Below the pieces are notes generated by a model. That model made no database searches and was not told the origin of the DNA. It saw only the letters and a program-made list of their open reading frames with translations. A stretch of DNA of 37,830 nucleotides from Sphaeroforma arctica JP610 (taxonomy: Eukaryota), in NCBI RefSeq assembly GCF_001186125.1, contig NW_014040027.1:1-37830 (forward strand), given 5' to 3'. This document shows positions 23,866 through 34,318 of this stretch, in pieces (position 1 is the stretch's first letter; every line of letters starts with the position of its first letter). The position numbers were made by a program, and so were the translations under genes.

Positions 23866-26604
23866 ATGAGTGATAAATACAGAGACGGGGCAACCAGCAA
23901 TGGGAAGCCGAGACACTCACACAAATCGACAACTTCTAAGGAACGAAAGGACAAAGACAAAGATAAAGTCAAAGATAGAAATAGAAACAGTAGTAAACAA
24001 TCGGCAATCAAATATTCACAAGAAGAGTCCACTGTGATTCTGGATGAAATAAAGTCACAGCAGTCGCGGAAGGGTGATAACTATTGCGCGGATTGCCAAG
24101 CACGAGGTAATACATTGCTCAATCTCCTGTGGCTCACGTCGTTGAAAATAGGACTTGGTATCTAGACACATTATTGCTGCCATGGTTTTCATAGTGCACG
24201 CTTTGCATATAGAAAAGTGTATGTAGGCTATTTTATATGCCATCTGATGGCATTTTTTTGTTGTTGTCAAGTTGTATGCCATGGGCTACCTCGCCTCGTT
24301 GTTGTTTCTATTCTATATTAACCAGGAAGATATACCTATGCATATAGATTCATACTCGTAGACAGTATTAAGGTAAAGCACCAATATGAGCTGTCGACTA
24401 TATTATCTACGCCGAAACTATGTTGTTTGCTTTTCAATATTATGCAATCCCTTTTGGTCGTTGAACACATTGTCGGTATTGCTGGTATTTTCTCCAGCCA
24501 CGAATGCACTTGTCAACGCATATACGTATATAATTTCACTTGCATAAGACAGGTCTTCTTGGCCAGACATTCTTATGAACCTGATCAGTTTGACATTGTA
24601 GTGTTTTTAGTTTAGTTGTACTTGGTATCCGGGAAAAGAGTATATTTAATTTCCCAGGGTCGTGGAGTGTCAAATATACATGTATATAGCCCTGAGTCTG
24701 AACTTGATTTCACATGGTCAATGTGCCCAAACCTGTACGATAACAACCACTACGGACATAAGCTAAGCGTGACTAAAAACTTAGAGATACACACTAATAT
24801 ATATCGGTATATATATAGGGCTTTTGCCATTTTTCTAGGTGTGTGTTTTAGCTTGCTTGCTTTATGTGGTAGTTTTCTGTAGCCAGCAATAAGGGACGTT
24901 GTTCTACGAGCACTTATGCTGAGTATCGGTGGCAAACCTGCGATAAATCTATAATATTCTGTAATATGCAAGAATTCGTACACAAAAGTTATGCAAGATA
25001 GGGGCCCTTTCAAATGAGTACTTACATTTGTTTCGAAGATGTACAGTTAGACTCTATCACTTCGTTAACATTCTACCGACTTTGGTTTAATTCTATCGTG
25101 ATTCTCTGCAAATGCTCACGAGACCGCAAACGGGTACACATCACTTGTCCTCAGCAATTTCGCATCTCTTGGCTATAGCATCGGAATTCGACTGTGTTGT
25201 GTTAATCGAAAGGTGGTCTGAACGATAATTTGCTTTATCTATGATACTTCAAAAGGCTACGGCTATATCGGCCTGTCCGTACGCCCATGTATGTGTCAGT
25301 TCATATGAGCGAGCTTCTAGAATATAGGCGGCTACACCCTGCTGATTTGCATCTGCTCGTAGCCGTACTCCCGCTGCGTACTCTGCTGCATGGGCGCCAG
25401 CCTGTCGGATATCGGACAGGTGCCTTCGAATTCCGTAGAGATGTGGCACTATTGCACGTAAATTAATAGCAGGTCTACTTTTTCATGCATCACAGATCCA
25501 AGGTGGGCAGTGTCCAATATTGGAATATTCGTGTGTATTCGATGCTCGGGTGTGCACCGCAGCATCGGCACGCACATCTCCAAAGTGCGATCAATCAACA
25601 TGGATCGCTGGACAGAAGAACAGGTGTGATACTATTCACAGTCAAATTAACTGCGATTGTGTCTAGCAGAAGTCTATAACGCGATCAAAGCAAGAGTGTT
25701 TTCTGAGTATACCCACCTCATCATTGGTTACACTTTGTGTGGACGTCACCCATCGCAGCATTCCCTTCCGGTTATTCGTGTCAGCGCGAGTTTTCAAGAC
25801 AAATCAAACTGTCAATACGCCTTCCATCTGTAGCTCAACTGTATGCAATATAGCGGTGGAAATGACGCGGTGAACGCTCGGTACGAAGCAACACTTGACC
25901 CGGGATTTACGCGGCCACAAACTGACTAGTATGTGAATACAAACTGTTTAATCAATGTGATGTTGCTCAGAAATCACAAGTAACTTCTTTTACCCCACGT
26001 GAGTCCTATAAGGAACGCGCATGGATTCTCATAGGTGGTTGGATCAGATTATCGCTAAGCAGCAGTCATTTTCTCATATATTGTATCCGAATACAGTGAC
26101 GCTGAGATATTTATTAGGGAAAAGTACGTGCAGAGAAAGTTTTTCGTTTCGCCCAAGATAGACACTGTCGAAAAGGTATTATCGTTTACACATTATTATG
26201 CGTTTTATTGTATTTTCTAGTCTGCGTTTCAGTCCACTTTGATTCTACATCGTCTCACTCTTGATACTAACGACGTGCGCGATGTGCTTATAAATGGAGC
26301 AGGATCCTCCTGTCAATTTGAAAGCCTCGCCTGACAGAACTATCAAGTCTAACACGAAGACAATTTACAGCAAAGCCCAGCTTCAAATGCGAGCTCAACA
26401 AGTGTCGCCAATCCCAACAGGTAATACGAAGAGCTTGTATTTATTGAGGACTGAAGAATAGGTGCGGTCCACTTACCTGCATCGCATTCGTACGCTGATT
26501 CGTTACTTTTCTCCATCGATTCGCTAATTTCGTTACTTTTTTTTCTTGTAGGGCAACCGCAAGACGCAACGCACAAAACCTTCGATGCATCACTCTGGAG
26601 TTGA
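23866..26604 (+). CDS. Small ArfGAP (ADP-ribosylation factor GTPase-activating protein, SMAP/Age2-like), 6 exons, ~237 aa
   Basis: Exons 23866-24106, 25496-25623, 25834-25928, 26097-26175, 26303-26420, 26552-26604, with consistent phases. Zinc finger CADC-x16-CIRC-SGVHR including the catalytic Arg, then [31 protein letters not shown]. The last two exons are less certain. Confidence 0.92.
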
Positions 26605-28164
26605 CGATGCTCATAATCCATTAGTACAAACATATTAAAAGGAACACTCCGCTGCGCGCGTGTTTGATAGAGATGCACATGTATCCCGCTAAGCCTAAGT
26701 ATGTCATGTTTTGAAAAGTGCAATGTAAAATAAAATAATTTCTCCCCTTCCCGACCCTCTAGACCCGAATAACATGGACACACTCTTTCATGACCAATTT
26801 TAAGTCCTATTATGAGCTGTAGAAAATGCGCATGTGCGGCTATAGCGAACATTCTGAGCACTATCGACGAGTTGTTACAATAAGCCCCATTTTGTGGGAG
26901 AAATGACTTCCCATTACAACACATATTCACATCCAGGTTTTTAAATAGTGACCGAATAAAATAGGTCAACAAATATACTGCAGCTAGGACCCAGTGGTCC
27001 TTGCAATTCACTACGTTTTAATGAGGATGTGTGAGTATCTAAAAATTAGCATTTGTGACCCTGGCTTGGTATGCAAGCCGGAAATGATGCGCTACGACTG
27101 CATACGTGACATACTAAACGTCGCCACGCCCAGGACGACGACGAGTATCATCATTACCTTACGCAGATCGAAGATCATAGTATGCAGTACAAAAACACCG
27201 ATGAAGTGAGTTGGTGCGGAAGCTTCGGCGTTGCAAAGATTTTTCACTTATGCGACGAATCTCTTTGTGACCAGGTTCGTCACCCACAAATGCAAGGCAT
27301 ATGCTTCTACAACAGCTGTTGATGCATACGACCATTCACCATCCGGGCCTGTGAACAGCACGTACTGCGAAACGGGGGTGCCTTGTATGGCAGATATTAT
27401 CGGAACTAGAAGCCATGCACCACGGGGATACTGGCGATTTGCACGACAAATGGCGTATCGATACCCTTAAAATTTCTTTCTCCATATACCCCACCCACTG
27501 GATAGTACGACTTTGCCCGTTGTGGCGCAGACACCCATAGTCCACTTCTGCGATGTGTGACCTGCCGGCCCGCCGGTATTCATATCAACTATGATGTATG
27601 TGATCAAAACGGAAATGTGTTCGCAGGTATAATCGTCTCTATTATTGTTTTCATTATTATTTCTATCTTTAAATATATACGGGTGCGCGAGTCGTGTATT
27701 ATCTCCCGATTCGGAGTATTGCTTTTGAACAGATTGTTCTCAGTTTGCCATCTATGAGATACTCACTGTTTGCCAAGTTTACGCCGATTTCAAAATCTGA
27801 TGTTGTTCAAACATACACGAAGCGACAACCACTGCATCTATTTATCAGACCTTAGTAGCTCTTGGCGCGCATTGTCACGGCACTTGTGTAATAGTCATGG
27901 CCACGAAAATTCTACCTTAATATATATTTTCGTGCCTTGCAGTTGATGACTGGACGTGATCCATTGTTTTTAGTGGATGACATTGTCGAGCGTGACGGGA
28001 TTAATTTTGCAAAACTGTGTAGCTGCCTTCTGTTGTGACTGTATGTGGAATTGAACGAGCATATCCCGACGAAGCAATTATAGTGTTTCCTTATTTGTTT
28101 TGAGAAATTATTTTTCAAGTCTGCAACTGTGTGATAGTGACGGATTTTACTCCAAGTTTCAGCT

Positions 28165-29215
28165 AAGCCTTAATATAGCTATAGGATATTATATCGCCCG
28201 GTGATGTAGGTGTTTCCGTATCACAGTGATCCTTGCCCGATCGTTCGCATTCCTCGCTACCTACCCCCTCCCTCTCCCGATAATGCAGCTAACAGGTCAA
28301 TACTGGGGCATGTATTCACATTGCGCAGCGATTGGACTACGGAAATGCCCATCCTAGCTGATATATCTCCGGACATTAACACAACCATTGAATGCCTTGA
28401 CTCGAGAGGTGGACTTCCCCGTCGCTCTCGAGTGTCACTTACAGGGTATTCGTACTCTTCCACCCTTGTGCGTACACTTCCATGATACTTCGCACATTTG
28501 GCCGCATAGTCCGCATCGTGCACACTCGGATATCCCTTTGGCAGCCGTGTTCTGCGTTCCTTCACATCGCTCGCCAGTATTGTTTCCGGCACATGCTTCT
28601 CTCGTTCCTTAATTGCCTCCACTTTGTCTCTGGAGATCATACGGTCACTGTAATGTGCTAATGGCATCATAGGTGTGACGCTCGGTGTTGCGCTCACGTT
28701 AGCCGCGAGTGGGGCTGGTGATTTCAGTTGCACGTATGGTTTGGGTGTGTACCGTACCCATTGCTGTGCCTTGTCTGATGGCCGACGGGAGTGAACAACT
28801 ATTTCTTCCTTATCATTAGTTGAGGAGGTGTCACCATCTACAGATGTACTACCACTCCTGAGAGTGCCTGTTTTTTTGTGTCGGTTGTATTTCTATTTAC
28901 CCCCGTGTCTTCTATAGATCGTCCGCTTGCGAGCGCGTGTTGTTTGGCAACACTCGCCTGTACACAGCACGCCCAGACAGAACACTTCTCCATCTCCTCA
29001 GGACAGTTTCTGTGGGAACGGCAACACTTCATATCACGCACCTCACAACTCGAGTGCTCTATGTCATGCCTTTCGGAACATGTCATCATATCCGCCTCGA
29101 TCTTCGCTGTACTAGCAGTCACACAATCCGTTCCAGAGCCAAAGGACGAAAGATTGATTTTAGACAAGTAAGCATATGAAGACTCTGCATACTTCCGTGT
29201 TGCTAGTTTGGTGGA
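28165..29215 (-). pseudogene. Frameshift-interrupted hypothetical coding region (pseudogene, recoded gene or assembly indels)
   Basis: The open frame at about 29215-28838 overlaps a second open frame at about 28893-28257 across an A7 run (28871-28877). A third protein-like frame (GSEECERSGKDHCDTETPTSPGDII...) follows after another shift. No family recognised. Confidence 0.4.
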
Positions 29216-30132
29216 TCATCCATCGCCCTCTAGCACCGCAATACTAACAACAGACCCATGAAACTAATTGCACCCCCAATGGCCAGTTGAAACTAACGGC
29301 TTCTAGGAAGTTTGGCCATTATTTATATATTTTTGTATTAATGGATCAGTTCGGCGTCTGATTCAAAACAATGATCCACCTAGAGATCTTAATCTCTAAT
29401 ACATACGCTTACCTGCCGTTGCGATACTACCGATGACAGCTATAAGGTAATGTATTGTTGGTGTAATTTGCGCCACATGTAGGTATCTTTATAAAAATGA
29501 GGTTAAAAATGCGAAAAATTCATCGAAAGAACACGAGGAGATAGTGACTACCTAGTACATCACATATACAACGATCACCTTACAATATACCTGAATATAG
29601 ATAGTTCACACCCGACGACCGATACTTTTCAATTTGTGGTCCGCCCTTGTATTGCGATACATACAATTACGTCCGCAAAAGTCGTTGTGCACCTATTTTA
29701 CCCGCTTCACTTATTTTATCGTGTGCACACAACAAAGGCTCTAAAAGAATTATTAATTGAATTGCGTAAGAACTGGTGTTCCGATTATTTAAAATGAGAC
29801 AACAGGCTATATAGACAAACAGAACTAGCACTACGCTGAAATCGAATGAGTGAACGTGAACTTGCTTGTGAATATCAGCAGTTCATGTAATGAGACAATC
29901 TGTTAAGAATGTACACGAACAGACCGAACAGACATGAAGAAATATACTTTCTAAATTGATGTTCTTTATATGATTAAATGTCCACAGTTACCACATCACC
30001 TTCAGAGGTACTTTCCGCATCTGAAAATAGCAAGAATTATTCACTATTACAAACAGCTAGAGGATAATCAAGGTATAGATTACAGGAGCTGGTAGTCATT
30101 ATATATTCTAATAACTATACATATACGTAAAA

Positions 30133-30164
30133 AACACACACACATACACATACACACACACACA
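30133..30164. repeat. (CA)n microsatellite abutting the assembly gap
   Basis: Directly visible. Confidence 0.9.
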
Positions 30165-30618
30165 NNNNNNNNNNNNNNNNNNNNNNNNNNNNNNNNNNNN
30201 NNNNNNNNNNNNNNNNNNNNNNNNNNNNNNNNNNNNNNNNNNNNNNNNNNNNNNNNNNNNNNNNNNNNNNNNNNNNNNNNNNNNNNNNNNNNNNNNNNNN
30301 NNNNNNNNNNNNNNNNNNNNNNNNNNNNNNNNNNNNNNNNNNNNNNNNNNNNNNNNNNNNNNNNNNNNNNNNNNNNNNNNNNNNNNNNNNNNNNNNNNNN
30401 NNNNNNNNNNNNNNNNNNNNNNNNNNNNNNNNNNNNNNNNNNNNNNNNNNNNNNNNNNNNNNNNNNNNNNNNNNNNNNNNNNNNNNNNNNNNNNNNNNNN
30501 NNNNNNNNNNNNNNNNNNNNNNNNNNNNNNNNNNNNNNNNNNNNNNNNNNNNNNNNNNNNNNNNNNNNNNNNNNNNNNNNNNNNNNNNNNNNNNNNNNNN
30601 NNNNNNNNNNNNNNNNNN
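30165..30618. other. Assembly gap (N run); a smaller gap lies at 20338-20357 within a G-rich tract
   Basis: N characters. Confidence 1.
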
Positions 30619-31317
30619 ATATACGTCCAGCATACATGAGATCCAAATTCAATGTAATAAAAGCAATAGTCCTATATGATTCGGTTCTTTCACATGTACA
30701 AACATCTCTACCGTCACAAGTTCTTAACTGCACTCTTTGTTTTTGTTTTCCTCAAGACTTACGAGCATTTACGCCTACGCAAGTCAACGCATATACCCCG
30801 GACTATTGGCATAAACCGAATATTTTATTATGGTCATACTTTTATCTGCTGCTGTATCACATTCAACTTGCAACGATCCCTAGTTATTGCTGTATAAATG
30901 GATGTTGCACCTTTCACTCGCATACATGAAATGACAGTCCATGAGCACAGTCTGGCGTTCAGGTTGATGTTATTTCCGAATGCTCTGCAATTTGAATCGA
31001 AATCAACTAGAAAAGGCGTAAGTGGCTTTGGTTTACGAACTACTCGCATACTTGTGACTATTTCCGACGGTTGTAAAGCTAGACAATCTCTCCGCCAATA
31101 TTATTGCGGATTTCGTATACATATCTGATATCTCAGACCTGTTCGTGCCCAGTCGACTGACTACAGACGAACAGACACAACCCGCATGGCATCACGAGAA
31201 CAAGAAGAATACCACTAGCAAATACACTGAACATACCGGAATCTGTGGTATATTCAGGGCGATGAGAAGATGCATTTGATAAATACTCGAAACGTATTAA
31301 TGAGTGTCGGGTTTCCG

Positions 31318-31413
31318 TGTAAAATTCATAGCAATCACCAGTCCAAGCAAGAGAAGGCAAATATTTACATTGTAAAATTCATGGCAATCACCAGTCCAAG
31401 CAAGAGAAGGCAA
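31318..31413. repeat. Direct repeat of ~43 bp (53-bp period), one mismatch
   Basis: tgtaaaattcat(a/g)gcaatcaccagtccaagcaagagaaggcaa at 31318 and 31371. Confidence 0.9.
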
Positions 31414-32063
31414 TCTGAATCACTAAATCAAATAGGGTTTTTTTACATGTATGTGGTGCATGTATTTAAATATCTAATTAATTATTTGTAACTTCTAAGA
31501 GGGAGTACCAGAGTAAATAGAGTGGATCGTTATGGAATGGAAAATCAAAAATCAATGCACAGTGTACAACATGCTTTTTTTTTCTTAACAAAATACAGGG
31601 GCGATTTTGATAGATTAAATATTCAACTTGCCTTTTTATTTTATTTTTTATTGTTTATAATAGCCCGTAATATTTAGCCCGTGCCTCGTAGCCTGTTAAG
31701 TAATTTATGTATTTCCTTTTATTATTTAAATACTGTTTGTTTTTAAAAAAACCAAAACAAAATAATAGAAAATAGAAATTCGAGACGACGCCCAACACAG
31801 TGACACTCCTGTGAGTCCTGTCTTCTGACTCCTGACTCCTGTATGCCCTGCAAGCAACTCCTGCACTCTGGAGTAGGACTGCAGTCTGCAGGTCTGCAGC
31901 AGTTATACTTCTATAAGTTCTATTTGTTCTTAAAATACAAATTACATCTTGATACCAAGACTCCCCAGGACCCCAAGTGACATATTTATTTGGTAAAATT
32001 TCATAGCCTTCTTGAAAATAAATAGAATAAAAATAAATAGAGGTGACAACTGACAACTCACAA

Positions 32064-32105
32064 CTGAGGCCTTCTCTCCTGTTGTCACATGAGAGAAGGC
32101 CTCAG
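32064..32105. other. Perfect 15-bp inverted repeat (hairpin, 12-nt loop)
   Basis: CTGAGGCCTTCTCTC (32064-32078) and GAGAGAAGGCCTCAG (32091-32105). Confidence 0.9.
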
Positions 32106-32686
32106 CGGCTCCAGCCGCCTCAGCCATTGAACATGTTCAAAAATTAAAACAGATTTGGGGGGGGTTTAAATACATAACAAATTACATTTTCTTGAATCAC
32201 AGGGGGAATATTGAAAAGAAAAACAATGATTATACTCTATAGAGCCTTAAAGGTATTTATGCCGTATGCGGTGTGACTGATATGTAGATCGTTGTCGCGC
32301 GCCAAATTCTGCACACGAATCAAAATGAGAGTGTAACTGTATTATGAAAAAATCGAATGGAGTGTGAGCCTTGTGGCGTCAGGCGTGAGGGATATGTGCA
32401 AAAATAAATTTGTTATTTTTTAGGAGGCTATGAATAAATACATCAAAAAATGACACCAGATACGACAAATTTTAATAAACATGTATATTGTACGCTGTAG
32501 GTATTTTATTTCAATTTTTTTGAAAGAGCTAATTTAGATATAATATATATAAACATATGCGACTGGATGCATACCCGCTCAATCCTGTGCAATAACTTGG
32601 AATTACGAACACGGAAGAATCGTGCTATCGTTGTAATCTACAAAGCGAAATATTTGTCCTTTTGTTGCGTAGTGCATTCTCCCAAT

Positions 32687-33729
32687 ATGGCGGATGATGG
32701 ATCTGTTGGAGCTTCAAATGGAGACGAATCATCAACCTATCCGACAGGTCTGAAGTTGGGCTATACAGTTCTATTCGTGCTGGCTGTAATCGCAAATATA
32801 ACCATAAACGCATACATTGGTTACAAGTTCAACAGAAAATGCAAACACCGATCTTATCTAATGTACTTCAATTTCACAATCATGGGTCTGATGTTGTTGA
32901 TCTTCGACAGAATGGGCGATATTTGGTCATTGTGGGGTTATAATTACTGGTTCTGGTGGTGCTATATATTCGGTCAAAATTTGCTAGTGGCTGGTGAACT
33001 TATACGGGCCGTCCGTTTGGTGCTAGTAATGTACCCGGAAAAGGTGAAGATCGAGGCCAAAAAGCTAACAACCAGGGCGATGATTCTTGCTTTGGCCGTT
33101 GTAGAATCACCAGTCGTCTTACTATACGTTCTGCTGGCCACCACTGAGAACGAGATATATGATTACCTGTGTGTGGCTTATTATTGCTTGGAGTTGGTCC
33201 TACTGATTTTCTCCACCGCTTTACTGTGGCGAAAGAGAAAAGTACTCAGGCAACACATGCTTTCAGAAACCCGTATCCTCGCCGTATTCTCCACAATTCT
33301 AGCGCTGTTGATAGTATGGGATAATGTTCGTTACTACGGATTTCAGGTAAGAATACGACCGGTCAGCTAATTTGTGCAAGCGAAATATTTCCTGTTGCAT
33401 GGTTTGGTATATTTAAAAAGTAGAATTGAACACATGTTCACAAGTACGACTACTTTATATTTCTAAATAGTATCTATTCTCAACTGCAGGAAGATGCATA
33501 CGGAGAATCAGCTACGACATGGGCTTATGTTGATTTGGCCACTCTAATAGTAGTATCAATACTATTGTATTGGATTTGGATAAGTCACATCATTATCATG
33601 TGGGTTCAAGACTTCCGCAGCGTATCTTCCGCTTTTGGTTCTTCAGAGGTTATCGAAGATTTCAACAATAAGAAATACCCGCCAACCCCCATTGGAGGAG
33701 GTACATCAATATGCGACGAAAGTGGGTAA
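32687..33729 (+). CDS. Orphan seven-transmembrane GPCR-like protein, paralog A, 2 exons, 299 aa
   Basis: Exons 32687-33346 (TTTCAG|gtaaga) and 33490-33729 (ctgcag|GAA). Seven hydrophobic segments, a short acidic N-terminus and basic intracellular loops. Strong colinearity with the neighbouring paralog (FDR, FGQNLLVAxEL, YPExVK, LLWRKR, LSET, DNVRYY, WxYVD). Confidence 0.88.
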
Positions 33730-34318
33730 CGAGTGCTCCCTCAACTGCTATTGTACATAAGAATCCGAAAATAGGATCAAGTCTAAATGAATGAATAAAA
33801 CTCGCCAACATCATATTATCTATGTATTATTACTATGTACTCGACAACATATTAGCGTATATTACTTCAGTGGAGTATTCTTGACCTTGAGCTGTTTGTA
33901 GAATCTGTCCGCGCATGAATAGTAAACATGCCCTATGGTCCTCGAGGCACGCAACGGTTCACACATTTCAAGAAGCTGGCGTGGTGGATGCTAGTACACG
34001 TATATACCCGTACAGACATTTCAGAACTTTCAATAATTAAGTCTGTCCCTCTACATCCTCCCCCCTAAAATAAAGGTCGCGTGTCGAAACTTAGATTAGC
34101 TGTCAAGCTCGACGAGTAAATATCAAAATGTAGTAAATAGTGTAAACGTGATAAATAAATAAAATTGTTAATCGCTCAAGTACAGAGCTATCAATACCTG
34201 TCCAACTACTCTATGAAGAAGAGCAGATATTTTATTCAAAAAGTATAAGGGCTCAGCACAAAATATCAAATTAGTAATATTTCTTTGTTACCAGTTTATT
34301 AGTCGCGATATATTCGAT

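Noticed and set aside
26349..27011. 220-aa minus-strand ORF
   Set aside because: Antisense to ArfGAP 3' exons, atypical composition, non-ATG start.
27167..27322. Two small + strand exon-like segments (IEDHSMQYKNTDE|VRHPQMQGICFYNSC*)
   Set aside because: Splice signals are plausible, but there is no start, no homology and no evidence linking them to the ArfGAP.
32095..32126. GGCTGAGGCGGCTGGAGCCGCTGAGGCC resembling SRP RNA/Alu
   Set aside because: Short resemblance only; no SRP 5' Alu domain or helix 8 motif around it.
31490..32260. Terminal inverted repeats bounding the CpG-poor island
   Set aside because: No convincing TIR/TSD pair found, so it is not annotated as a defined transposon.
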